A stretch of DNA of 64,000 nucleotides from an uncultured Trueperaceae bacterium (GTDB lineage Bacteria; Deinococcota; Deinococci; Deinococcales; Trueperaceae). The stretch lies in NCBI GenBank assembly GCA_963727505.1, contig CAVSGP010000009.1:608001-672000 (forward strand). The letters are read 5' to 3'. This document shows positions 53,921 to 64,000 of this stretch, piece after piece. How positions within the stretch are numbered: position 1 is the stretch's first letter; each line of letters opens with the position of its first letter. Made by a program: the position numbers and the translations under genes. Below the pieces are notes generated by a model, which was not told where the DNA came from, ran no database searches, and was given only the letters and a program-made list of their open reading frames with translations.

Positions 53921-54538
53921 ATGGGCCGATACAGAGGACCGATCGTCAAAATCTGCCGCCGCGAAGGCGTGAACCTGGTGGAGTCCCCGAAGGTGCAGCG
54001 CTTCATGGAGCGCCATCCCTATCCCCCGGGACAGCACGGCCAGCGTCGGCGCCGCAAGATCAGCGACTACGGCGTGCGTCTGCGTGAGAAGCAGAAGCTG
54101 CGCTTCTACTACAACATGAGTGAGAAGCAGTTCGCGAACCTGTTCGACGAGGCGTCGAAGAGGGTGGGCGCCACGGGCGAGGTGTTCCTGCAACTGCTCG
54201 AGTCGAGGCTCGACAACGTCGTGTACCGTCTGGGCATCGCTGCCACCCGCCGGCAGGCGCGCCAGTTCGTCGCGCACGGGCACATCCACGTCAACGGCCG
54301 GCGTATCGACGTCCCGTCCTACCGGCTGTCGCCCGGTGACGAGATCGAGGTCGCGCCCAACGCCAAGAAGAACGCGCACATCAAGGGCAACGTGGAGGAG
54401 CGCCGCCGTGGAAAGCTCAACCCGTGGCTCGAGTTCGACGCAGAAGCGCTCAAGGGCCGGTTCCTGCATCGCCCCGCCCGCGAGGACCTGACGGTGCCGG
54501 TCAACGAGCTGCAGGTCATCGAGTACTACTCGCGCTGA
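53921..54538 (+). CDS. rpsD: 30S ribosomal protein S4 (non-Zn form)
   Basis: PGQHG, LESRLDN, EYYSR. Confidence 0.98.
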   Translation: MGRYRGPIVKICRREGVNLVESPKVQRFMERHPYPPGQHGQRRRRKISDYGVRLREKQKLRFYYNMSEKQFANLFDEASKRVGATGEVFLQLLESRLDNVVYRLGIAATRRQARQFVAHGHIHVNGRRIDVPSYRLSPGDEIEVAPNAKKNAHIKGNVEERRRGKLNPWLEFDAEALKGRFLHRPAREDLTVPVNELQVIEYYSR

Positions 54539-54576
54539 GGCCGTCGGGACAGCGGCCACGGCCGGAGGAGAGCACG

Positions 54577-55518
54577 GTGCAGATTATTCCAGAGTTCAAG
54601 TCGAAAACGACCGACCGCTACGGCGAGTTCGTGGTGGAACCGCTGCCGCGCGGGTACGGGGTCACGCTGGGGAACCCGCTACGGCGGATCCTGCTGTCGT
54701 CGATCCCCGGCACCGCGGTGACCAGCGTCTACATCGAGGACGTGCTCCACGAGTTCTCGACCATCGAAGGGGTCAAAGAGGATGTCATGCAGATCATCCT
54801 CAACCTCAAGGAGCTCGTCGTGAAGCTCTACGACGACGACCCCGTGACCCTGACGTTGCGCGCGGAGAGCGCGGGTGAGGTGACGGCGGCGCAGTTCGAC
54901 GTGCCCGCCAACGCCGAGCTGATGAACCCCGAGCTCCACATCGCAACGCTCACCAAGGGTGGGCGGCTCGTGATGGAGGTGCGCGTCGAACGCGGCGTGG
55001 GTTACGTGCCCGCCGAGATCCACGGCACCAAGGACCGCATCAACTCGATCCCTGTCGACGCGGTGTTCACGCCGGTGCGCCGGGTGGCGTACCGCGTGGA
55101 GGACACCCGCGTCGGGCAGAAGACCGACCTCGACCGGCTGGTGATCCGCGTGTGGACCGACGGCAGCGCCGATCCGCGCGATGCGCTCGACCAGGCCGTC
55201 GACATCATGCGCAACCAGCTCAACGTCTTCAGCGGTGAAGGTGCCGACGGGGACGAGGAGAAGGTGCCGGTCATGACGATCCCCACCAAGCCGGTGGAGG
55301 AAGTCGTGGCCCCGCCCGAGCAGGTCGTCATGAGCCTCGAGAGCCTGGAGCTGTCGAGCCGGGTCCTGCACTCGCTGCAGGAGGAAGGCATCGACTCGGT
55401 CAACGCCTTGCTGGCGCTGTCCGAGCGCGACCTCAAGAAGGTCGGCGGCGTGGGCGAGAAATCGCTCGAAGAGATCAAGGAGCGCCTCGCGGCGCGCGGA
55501 CTGAAGCTGAAGGAGTAA
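54577..55518 (+). CDS. rpoA: RNA polymerase alpha subunit
   Basis: GYGVTLGNPLRRILLSSIPG, LHEFS. Confidence 0.97.
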   Translation: MQIIPEFKSKTTDRYGEFVVEPLPRGYGVTLGNPLRRILLSSIPGTAVTSVYIEDVLHEFSTIEGVKEDVMQIILNLKELVVKLYDDDPVTLTLRAESAGEVTAAQFDVPANAELMNPELHIATLTKGGRLVMEVRVERGVGYVPAEIHGTKDRINSIPVDAVFTPVRRVAYRVEDTRVGQKTDLDRLVIRVWTDGSADPRDALDQAVDIMRNQLNVFSGEGADGDEEKVPVMTIPTKPVEEVVAPPEQVVMSLESLELSSRVLHSLQEEGIDSVNALLALSERDLKKVGGVGEKSLEEIKERLAARGLKLKE

Positions 55519-55521
55519 GGC

Positions 55522-55878
55522 ATGCGTCATCTGCAGCGCGGTTACAAGCTGGGTCGCTCCAGCAGCCATCGCAGCGCCCTCGCCCGTTCCCAGGCGACGG
55601 CCCTGCTCCGGCACGGCCGCATCAAGACCACCCTCACCAAGGCCAAGAGCCTGCAGCCGTTCGTGGAGAAGCTCATCACCACGGCGCGCGGCGGGGACCT
55701 TCACGCGCGGCGATTGATCGCGCGCGATGTCCACGACCGCGAGGTGCAGCGCAAGCTCATGGACGAGATCGCCCCGCGCTACGCCGACCGGCAAGGCGGC
55801 TACACACGCATCTACCGCTTGCTCAACCGGCGCGGCGACAACGCGCAGGAAGCCTACATCGAGCTGGTTCAGGAGTAG
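55522..55878 (+). CDS. rplQ: 50S ribosomal protein L17
   Basis: MRH, GGYTRI. Confidence 0.98.
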   Translation: MRHLQRGYKLGRSSSHRSALARSQATALLRHGRIKTTLTKAKSLQPFVEKLITTARGGDLHARRLIARDVHDREVQRKLMDEIAPRYADRQGGYTRIYRLLNRRGDNAQEAYIELVQE

Positions 55879-55914
55879 CGCGGAGCAGCCTCGCAGGCAA
55901 TTGCGTGAGCACCA

Positions 55915-55939
55915 ACGGCCGCCCCATCGGGGCGGCCGT
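55915..55939. terminator. GC hairpin after rplQ
   Basis: acggccgcccc-atc-ggggcggccgt; weak U tail. Confidence 0.5.
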
Positions 55940-55977
55940 CGTCGTGTCGGGGTGCGGGCCGCGAATGCGGCCGAGGC

Positions 55978-57144
55978 TCAACCTGAGGTCCGCAGGGCGG
56001 CGGCGAAGCTCGTGCCGCGTCCGCCCCAAGGCACGCCCAGCAGCTCGGCCACCGTGGCGCCCACGTCGGCGAAGCTGTCGCGGGTGCCCAGGTCGCTGCC
56101 GCCGCGGCCGGGAGTGTAGGCGAGCAGCAGCCCGTGCTCCCGGGTGTGATCGGTGCCCTGCCAGGTGGGGTCGTTGCCGTGGTCGCTGACGAACAGCAAC
56201 GCGTCCCCGGGGTGGGTCGCGGCCAGCAGGTCGGGTAGGCGGTCGTCGACGTCACGAAGGGCGGCTGCGTATCCGAGCGGGTCGCGCCGGTGGCCGTAGA
56301 GCGAGTCGAACTCGACCAGGTTGGTGAACACCAGTCCGTCCGGACGGTCGCGCATGGCGGCGAGGGTGCGTTCCACCCCGTCCAGGTTCGAGCTCGAACG
56401 CACCTCGGTCGTGAAACCGCGGTGACCGTAGATGTCGGGGATCTTGCCGATGCCAACGACCTCCCGTCCGTGCGCCACCAGGGCGTCGAGGACGGTGCGC
56501 TCGGGGGGTAGGAGCGAGTAGTCGTGGCGCGCCTCGCCGAGGCGCCGGAAGGCCCCGGGCGAACCCTCGAACGGGCGGGCGATGACCCGTGCAACCGCAT
56601 GATCGCCGGTCAGGATGGCGCGCGCCGCCTCGCACCAGGCGTAGAGCGTCTCGAGGGGAACGACGTCGACGTGGGTCGCGATCTGGAAGACGCTGTCGGC
56701 GCTGGTGTAGACGATCGGCTCCCCCGTCTCGAGATGTTGCGGGCCGAGCTCGTCGAGGATGACGGTGCCGGAGGCCGGCCGATTGCCGAGGTGGCCCCGA
56801 CCCGTGGCCGCATCGAAGGCGTCCATGACGGCGTCGGGGAAGTGCTCGAAGGTACGGAAGGGGTGCTCCAACACGATGCCCATGAACTCCCAGTGGCCGG
56901 TCGTGGTGTCCTTGCCGAGGGATCGTTCGGACAGTCGCCCGAAACTCGCCTGCGGGCGGGGAACCGCATCCAGGGACGCCACACCCTGGATGCTTCCGAG
57001 GCCCAGGCGAGTGAGATTGGGCAGGGAGGTGGGGGCGGCGGCGAGGGTGTGATCGAGCGTGTGCGCGCCCTCGTCTGCGAAGCGGCGCGCGTCAGGGAGT
57101 GCGCCCACGCCGACGGAGTCGAGAACGATGAGGGTGACGGTCAT
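55978..57144 (-). CDS. deoB: phosphopentomutase
   Basis: [35 protein letters not shown]. Confidence 0.95.
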   Translation of the reverse strand: MTVTLIVLDSVGVGALPDARRFADEGAHTLDHTLAAAPTSLPNLTRLGLGSIQGVASLDAVPRPQASFGRLSERSLGKDTTTGHWEFMGIVLEHPFRTFEHFPDAVMDAFDAATGRGHLGNRPASGTVILDELGPQHLETGEPIVYTSADSVFQIATHVDVVPLETLYAWCEAARAILTGDHAVARVIARPFEGSPGAFRRLGEARHDYSLLPPERTVLDALVAHGREVVGIGKIPDIYGHRGFTTEVRSSSNLDGVERTLAAMRDRPDGLVFTNLVEFDSLYGHRRDPLGYAAALRDVDDRLPDLLAATHPGDALLFVSDHGNDPTWQGTDHTREHGLLLAYTPGRGGSDLGTRDSFADVGATVAELLGVPWGGRGTSFAAALRTSG

Positions 57145-57222
57145 GCGGCAGTATAAGGTCGCGTTCGCAGCAAGCCGGGGCGGCGCGCGTGCCGATCCCA
57201 CCCCCGGGGCATAATGCAGAGC

Positions 57223-58770
57223 GTGAGGGACGGCGGCGAGGCGCGAGATGGGGCTGGGCTGGCGGCGGAGGTGGCCGAGCGGCTGCGTGAGCTCGCCCCC
57301 GGGGCGTCCCGGGTGGCGCTCGGCGTATCCGGTGGGCCGGACAGCGTGGCAGCGCTGCACTTGTTGGTCGAGGCCGGCGTCGACGTCGTGGTCGCGCACT
57401 TCGACCACCAGTTGCGGGCCGCGTCCGCGGGCGATCGCGCGTTCGTCGAGGGTCTGTGCCAACGACTGGGGGTGCCGTTGCAGGCCGGCGGAGCGGACGT
57501 CGCGGCGGTGGTCCGCGAGCGGGGATGGAACCTCGAGGACGGGGCGCGACGCTTGCGCTACGCCTTCCTGCACAGCGCAGCGGCAGATGCCGGAGCGGCC
57601 GTGGTCACCGTCGCCCACACCCTCGACGACCAGGCCGAGACGGTGCTGCTGCAGCTCCTGAGGGGTGCCGCCTTCGTAAGCGGTATGCCGGCGCGGCGCG
57701 GCCGTCTCGTACGGCCGTTGCTCGGGGTGGAGCGTGCGCGCCTGCGGCGCTATCTCGAGGCGCGCGACCTGGCGTATCGTCATGACGCCAGCAACGACGA
57801 CGTCGCCCGCGCGCGAGCCTGGATCCGGGCCGACGTACTCCCCGTCCTCGAGGCCCGCATGCCCGGCGCGGCCGAGCGGCTGGCGCGCATCGCCGCCGTC
57901 CAAGGTGACGCCCGTGATGCCCTGGAGGCGATCTCCAGGGTGCGCTTCGGTGACGGGCCCCTGCGGCGCGCGGCGCTCGCCAGGGCGCCGGTGGGCCTCC
58001 AGCGCGTCGCGATCGCGCGTTTGCTCCGTGCGGCGGGCGCGGGCGTCTCGCTGGAGCGTATCGAGTCGATCCGCGCAGCGCTCACGAGGGAGGACCCCTG
58101 GCGCCTGGACGTCGGGAACGAAAGACTGGCGCGGGTCGCGTACGACCGCGTCGACGTGGCGCGGCGTGCGAGGGCCGTGGTCGAGCGGACCGTGAGGGAA
58201 GAGGCCGAGCTGCCACCCGGCGTCGATCCGGGCGTGCTGCGCGCCCACGGCGCCTTGGAGCTCCGGGGCAGGCGGCCGGGCGACCGCATCCGTCTGCCGG
58301 GTGGGACGCGGCTGGTCTCGGATCTCTTGACCGACCGCAAGGTCCCCCGCGAGGAACGGGACGGGCTGCGCCTGCTCGCCAGCGGCCAGGAGGTGCTCTG
58401 GGTGGAAGGCCTGGCGGCGGCGCCCGGCGTGCTGGCGGGGGAGAGGCGGACGAGGCAGCGCGGACGAGGACGTGGAGGCGATGCGGCGGGCCCTGGAGCT
58501 TGCCGCCGGGGCTTCGGCGGCGGGGGAGCTGCCGGTGGGGGCCGTGGTGGTGCTGGACGGTGCGGTGGTGGGGGAGGGGGCCAACCGCACGGAGCGCGAC
58601 CGCGATCCCACGGCCCACGCGGAGGTGCTGGCCCTGCGTGCGGCCGCGGCCGCACGGGGCGACTGGCGTCTTGCCGGCGCCACCCTCTACGTCACGCTAG
58701 AGCCCTGCCCGATGTGCCTCGGGGCCGTGCTGCAGACCCGCGTCGCGAGGGTGGTGTTCGGTGCCGATAA
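57223..58770 (+). CDS. tilS: tRNA(Ile)-lysidine synthase; homology ends near 58440, probably fused to TadA
   Basis: [26 protein letters not shown]-terminal DRKVPREER. Confidence 0.88.
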   Translation: MRDGGEARDGAGLAAEVAERLRELAPGASRVALGVSGGPDSVAALHLLVEAGVDVVVAHFDHQLRAASAGDRAFVEGLCQRLGVPLQAGGADVAAVVRERGWNLEDGARRLRYAFLHSAAADAGAAVVTVAHTLDDQAETVLLQLLRGAAFVSGMPARRGRLVRPLLGVERARLRRYLEARDLAYRHDASNDDVARARAWIRADVLPVLEARMPGAAERLARIAAVQGDARDALEAISRVRFGDGPLRRAALARAPVGLQRVAIARLLRAAGAGVSLERIESIRAALTREDPWRLDVGNERLARVAYDRVDVARRARAVVERTVREEAELPPGVDPGVLRAHGALELRGRRPGDRIRLPGGTRLVSDLLTDRKVPREERDGLRLLASGQEVLWVEGLAAAPGVLAGERRTRQRGRGRGGDAAGPGACRRGFGGGGAAGGGRGGAGRCGGGGGGQPHGARPRSHGPRGGAGPACGRGRTGRLASCRRHPLRHARALPDVPRGRAADPRREGGVRCR

Positions 58771-58909
58771 CGTGCGGGAAGGGGCGCTGGGAGGCACGGT
58801 GGACCTTCTGGCCGGTGACCTCAAGCGCCGGCCGGAGGTGCGGGGAGGGGTGCTGGCGCGCGAGGGGGCTGAGCTGTTGACGGCCTTCTTCCGGGCGCGG
58901 CGGCCCTAG
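58472..58909 (+). CDS. tadA: tRNA adenosine deaminase domain
   Basis: [20 protein letters not shown]. Confidence 0.9.
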   Translation: MEAMRRALELAAGASAAGELPVGAVVVLDGAVVGEGANRTERDRDPTAHAEVLALRAAAAARGDWRLAGATLYVTLEPCPMCLGAVLQTRVARVVFGADNVREGALGGTVDLLAGDLKRRPEVRGGVLAREGAELLTAFFRARRP

Positions 58910-59099
58910 CGGTCCGGGAACGACCCGGGTCGCAGCGGCGTGCCAGGAGGGGGTGCCGGGCTCGCGGGCACGGTCGTGTCGGCGCGGCCGTGACAGCGAG
59001 CGTGGCGCTGGCCGTGGCACCGGCCGTGGCACCCGCCGGGATGAAGGAAGCCCGCACTGGTGCAGCTTTTTCGCCACCTCGCTCCGGTATGATGCGGGC

Positions 59100-60883
<1,784 letters not shown>

Positions 60884-60887
<4 letters not shown>

Positions 60888-61939
60888 GCGCGGAGGACGG
60901 CCGGCGGGCGCGAGCCCACCGCAGCCTGCGCAGCCAGGTCGGGTGGGTGATCGCCGTGCTCTCGGGCCTGCCCAACCTCGTCCTGGTGGGGACCGTATTA
61001 CTGCCTGCCTACAACCGTACCGGCTCGCTGACGGCCGAGGTGTGGCTGTTCATCGGTGCCTGGCTGGTGGCGGTCGTGGGGATCTCGGTGTTCGTGGGGT
61101 ACGTGCTCTCCGGTCAGCTCCTGGCACCGCTCAGCGACGTGGCCGAAGACATCGAGGCGCTGCCGCGGGCGGTTCCCGGAGCGCGACTGGAGACCAACGG
61201 TCGCGAGCCGCGCGAGGTCCTGGCGGTCAAGCGCGCGTTCAACGCCATGCTGCAGGAGGTGCATCAGGAGCAGGCCCGTCGGAGCGCGTTCACCGCGGCG
61301 CTGATGCACGATCTCAAGACGCCGCTCATCGCGGCGAACCACCTTCTCAACGTGGTGCGCGACAACGAGGAGCTCACGCGCGAGCAGCGCATCGAGGTCG
61401 TGAGCCGGCTCTCGACCGAGAACCAGGCGCTCATCGAGCTGGTGCAGAAGATGGTGGACGCCCACCGGCTCGAGCTCGAGGACGTGCCGCTCAAGCGTGA
61501 GGCCACCGACCTGCGTGCGCTGGTTGCCGCCGTGCTGGAGCGTCTGCGCCCGCTGTCGCGGGAGCGTGGGGTGGCCGTCAGTGTGCAGGGCGAAGCGCAG
61601 GCGCGGGTCGACCCCAAGGAACTCGAGCGCGCGCTCTACAATCTGTTGAGCAACGCGGTGCGCTACGCCCGCTCGCGCATCGAGGTCGAGGTGTTCCCGG
61701 GGATGGTGCGCATCAGCGACGACGGACCGGGCCTGCCCGAGCCGCTCGAGCGCCTGGCGCAGCCCTTCAACGGACAGCCGGTGGAGATCGCCGGACGGCG
61801 CTATACGGCGGGAACCGGCGGGCTCGGCCTGTTCATCGCGCGCCGCGTGCTGGAGGCGCACGGAGGCAAGCTGGTGACCGAGGCGTCGGGGGAGCGGGGC
61901 ACCGTGCTGCTGGCGTACCTGGGCGGAGGCACGGTATGA
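60884..61939 (+). CDS. sensor histidine kinase (2 TM, short loop)
   Basis: [27 protein letters not shown]. Confidence 0.92.
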
Positions 61940-61952
61940 GGAAGGCGCGCGC

Positions 61953-62534
61953 GTGCGGGTCCTGATCGCCGACGACCACCCGCTGTTCCGGATGGGTCTG
62001 GCGCTGGCGCTGGAAGCCGAGGGCTTCGACGTGGCCGGCGAGGTGGAGAACGGGCGGCAGGCGGTAGAGCGCTGCGCGCAGGGCGGCGTCGACGTGGTGC
62101 TCATGGACGTCAAGATGCCGGACATGGACGGGATCGAGGCGTGCCGGCAAACGGCCGGGGGGCCGCGGGCGCCCGTCATCGTGATGCTCACCACCTTCGA
62201 GGAGCCGGCCATCGTGCGGGCCGCCCGCGATGCCGGAGCGACCGCCTTCCTGTCCAAGGAGACCGAGCCGCGCGAGCTGGCGCGGCTGTTACGGGCCATC
62301 GTGGCCGATCCCGAGCGCGACTGGATGCCGCGCGTGGAGCTGCCCGACCTCACGCCGCGCGAGGAGCAGGTGCTGCGGCTGATGGCGCGCGGGCTCTCCA
62401 CCAAGGCCATCGCCAGGGAGCTGGGGCTGAGCCCCGAGACGGTGAAGGACTACCTGCTGGGGGCGTTCCGGAAGCTCGAGGTGCGCGACCGGGTGAGCGC
62501 GGTCCGGCGGGCGAGCGAGCTCGGACTTCTGTAG
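61953..62534 (+). CDS. NarL/LuxR-family response regulator
   Basis: IADDHP, MDVKMP, LTPREEQVL HTH. Confidence 0.94.
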   Translation: MRVLIADDHPLFRMGLALALEAEGFDVAGEVENGRQAVERCAQGGVDVVLMDVKMPDMDGIEACRQTAGGPRAPVIVMLTTFEEPAIVRAARDAGATAFLSKETEPRELARLLRAIVADPERDWMPRVELPDLTPREEQVLRLMARGLSTKAIARELGLSPETVKDYLLGAFRKLEVRDRVSAVRRASELGLL

Positions 62535-62611
62535 GACCGAGGCCTAGAACGGACCGGCATGCACCCCGCGCGGTCGGAGCATGCGAGGCGGCGCGCCGCT
62601 ACCTTGGCGGC

Positions 62612-63109
62612 ATGCACGGCACGACCGGTCGATGGCTCGCGCGGCGGCGCGGACGCATGGGCTTCACGCTCCTCGAGATCGTGACCGTCCTCACCGTCGT
62701 CGGCGTGCTCGCCGGCGGCGCAGCGTTGCTGGCGCGGCCCGGCGGCGCGGTGCGCGCGGCGCAGGGCGCACGCGCCTTCCTGCTGTGGGCGCGCCTGGAG
62801 GCGCTGTGGACGGGTGAGGCGGTAGCGGTCGTGCCGGCGGGCGCTCCGGTGCTGTCCGCCCGGGCGGGCGCGGACGTCGCGTCGGCGTGCGCGGGCACCG
62901 AGCGGAAGCGCTTCGAGCTCGCCCGTTACGGGCGCGCCCGGGTCGTGCAGCCGATGCGGGCCGGCATCGTATGGCTTCCCTACGGCGGCGCGCGCTCCTG
63001 CGAGGGTGGGGGTGTGATCAGCGGGCGCATGATCCTGGCGGATGGGGGAGGACGGGCCAGCGTCATCGTGTCGAGCCTGGGACGCGTACGCGTGGAGGTG
63101 GCGCGGTGA
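62612..63109 (+). CDS. type IV minor pilin / pseudopilin (FimT/GspH-like)
   Basis: Basic leader, G|FTLLE, C-terminal SSLGRVRV. Confidence 0.8.
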   Translation: MHGTTGRWLARRRGRMGFTLLEIVTVLTVVGVLAGGAALLARPGGAVRAAQGARAFLLWARLEALWTGEAVAVVPAGAPVLSARAGADVASACAGTERKRFELARYGRARVVQPMRAGIVWLPYGGARSCEGGGVISGRMILADGGGRASVIVSSLGRVRVEVAR

Positions 63110-63503
63110 GACGGCGGCACCCGCGCGCCGCTGGAGCGGCGGCCTGACGCTGCTGGAGGTGGTGGTGGCGCTCGCCATCGTCGCAGTGGCATTGCTGGCC
63201 TGGACGCGGCTGGAAGGTCACGTGGCGCGCGTCGAGCGCTCGAGCCGCGTCCGCCGGGAGCTGGCGGCCTGGATGCGAAGCGAGCTCCGCTTCCAGCGCA
63301 ACGTGCGGGCGTTCGACTGCCGTTCGCAGCCCGCGCCGGCGGGATGGTCGTGTGGCGTCGAGCGGACGTGCCTGGACGGCTCGAGCCCGTGCGAGACGGA
63401 GAGCATCCGCGTGACCATCACACCCCCGGAAGGGCCCGCACTGACGGGGACGACCGCGGTGTGGTGGCCGCTGCAGCGGGCGCCGGTGGGAGCGGCGCCA
63501 TGA
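63106..63503 (+). CDS. type IV minor pilin (PilV/GspI-like); apparent frameshift in leader
   Basis: G|LTLLEVVVALAI; SD and GTG at 63106 are out of frame by one base; alternative in-frame ATG at 63042. Confidence 0.7.
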
Positions 63504-64000
63504 GTGAGGTGGCGCGTGAGGCTGTGCGCGCAGGCTGCGCAGCGAGGCTGTGCACGAGTCCATGCGCGGGTCCTGGCGCGCTCCCGTCGCGTCCCGGCCC
63601 TACCGCAGCGGGAGGCGTCCCGAGCGGTGGCGCGCCGGTCGCGACCGCCGGACAGGCGGGCTTCACGTTGCTCGAGGTGCTGCTCGCGCTGGCCCTCGCG
63701 GCCCTCGTGGGGCTGGCCGCGGCGCGCCTGCTCACGGGGTCGCACGCGTCGGAGACGGCGATCTCGCAGGGGTCCGACCGCGCGCGTGCGCTGGACCTCG
63801 CCGCCGATCTGCTGGCCGCCGAGCTTCGCCGGGCCGGCTCCGTGCCCTACCCGCCGCCGGCCGGCGGCGGTCTGGACGCGAGCCGACCCACCCTGGAGCT
63901 CACGCTCGGCGCGGGGCGACATGGCGACGCCCTCGTTGTGCGCTATCTCGACGACCGGGTACAGGGCGCGCCGGTGCTCCGGGATCTGCGCTTCGACGCT
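63500..64000 (+). CDS. type IV minor pilin (PilW/GspJ-like), runs off window
   Basis: ATGA overlap; G|FTLLEVLLALAL at 63659; ELRRAG. Confidence 0.75.
   Translation, partial: MSEVAREAVRAGCAARLCTSPCAGPGALPSRPGPTAAGGVPSGGAPVATAGQAGFTLLEVLLALALAALVGLAAARLLTGSHASETAISQGSDRARALDLAADLLAAELRRAGSVPYPPPAGGGLDASRPTLELTLGAGRHGDALVVRYLDDRVQGAPVLRDLRFDA

Overview
High-GC core-chromosome segment, most consistent with Deinococcota (possibly Trueperaceae). Evidence: the Thermus/Deinococcus-type EF-Tu insert, a probable TilS-TadA fusion, an amylosucrase, and many leaderless -10 promoters. The first 36 kb is housekeeping and accessory metabolism: trpB with a Trp leader peptide, gluQ, sucCD, moaB, lgt, a truncated GlmU, a sucrose-phosphate synthase/phosphatase plus GH32-like operon, carA, an OmpR-type two-component system followed by a secreted Met-repeat spondin-like protein, dtd, UDG, recN, nrnA, an HtrA-like protease, tRNA-Ile, ispH, dusA, aroH, purEK, amylosucrase and a 5'-nucleotidase. 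From 36.8 to 55.9 kb lies the full str-S10-spc-alpha ribosomal superoperon. The end holds deoB, tilS/tadA, lepA, a second two-component system and type IV minor pilins. No mobile elements, CRISPR or rRNA were seen. Most striking observations: (1) tuf is almost purged of synonymous C (extreme G/T skew limited to the gene); (2) a TCS plus Met-rich spondin module with shared GTGA direct repeats; (3) a leaderless Trp/His-rich leader before trpB; (4) a sucrose synthesis/turnover gene set; (5) a 14-codon ORF bridging rplR and rpsE. Several apparent single-base frameshifts in G runs are probably sequencing errors.
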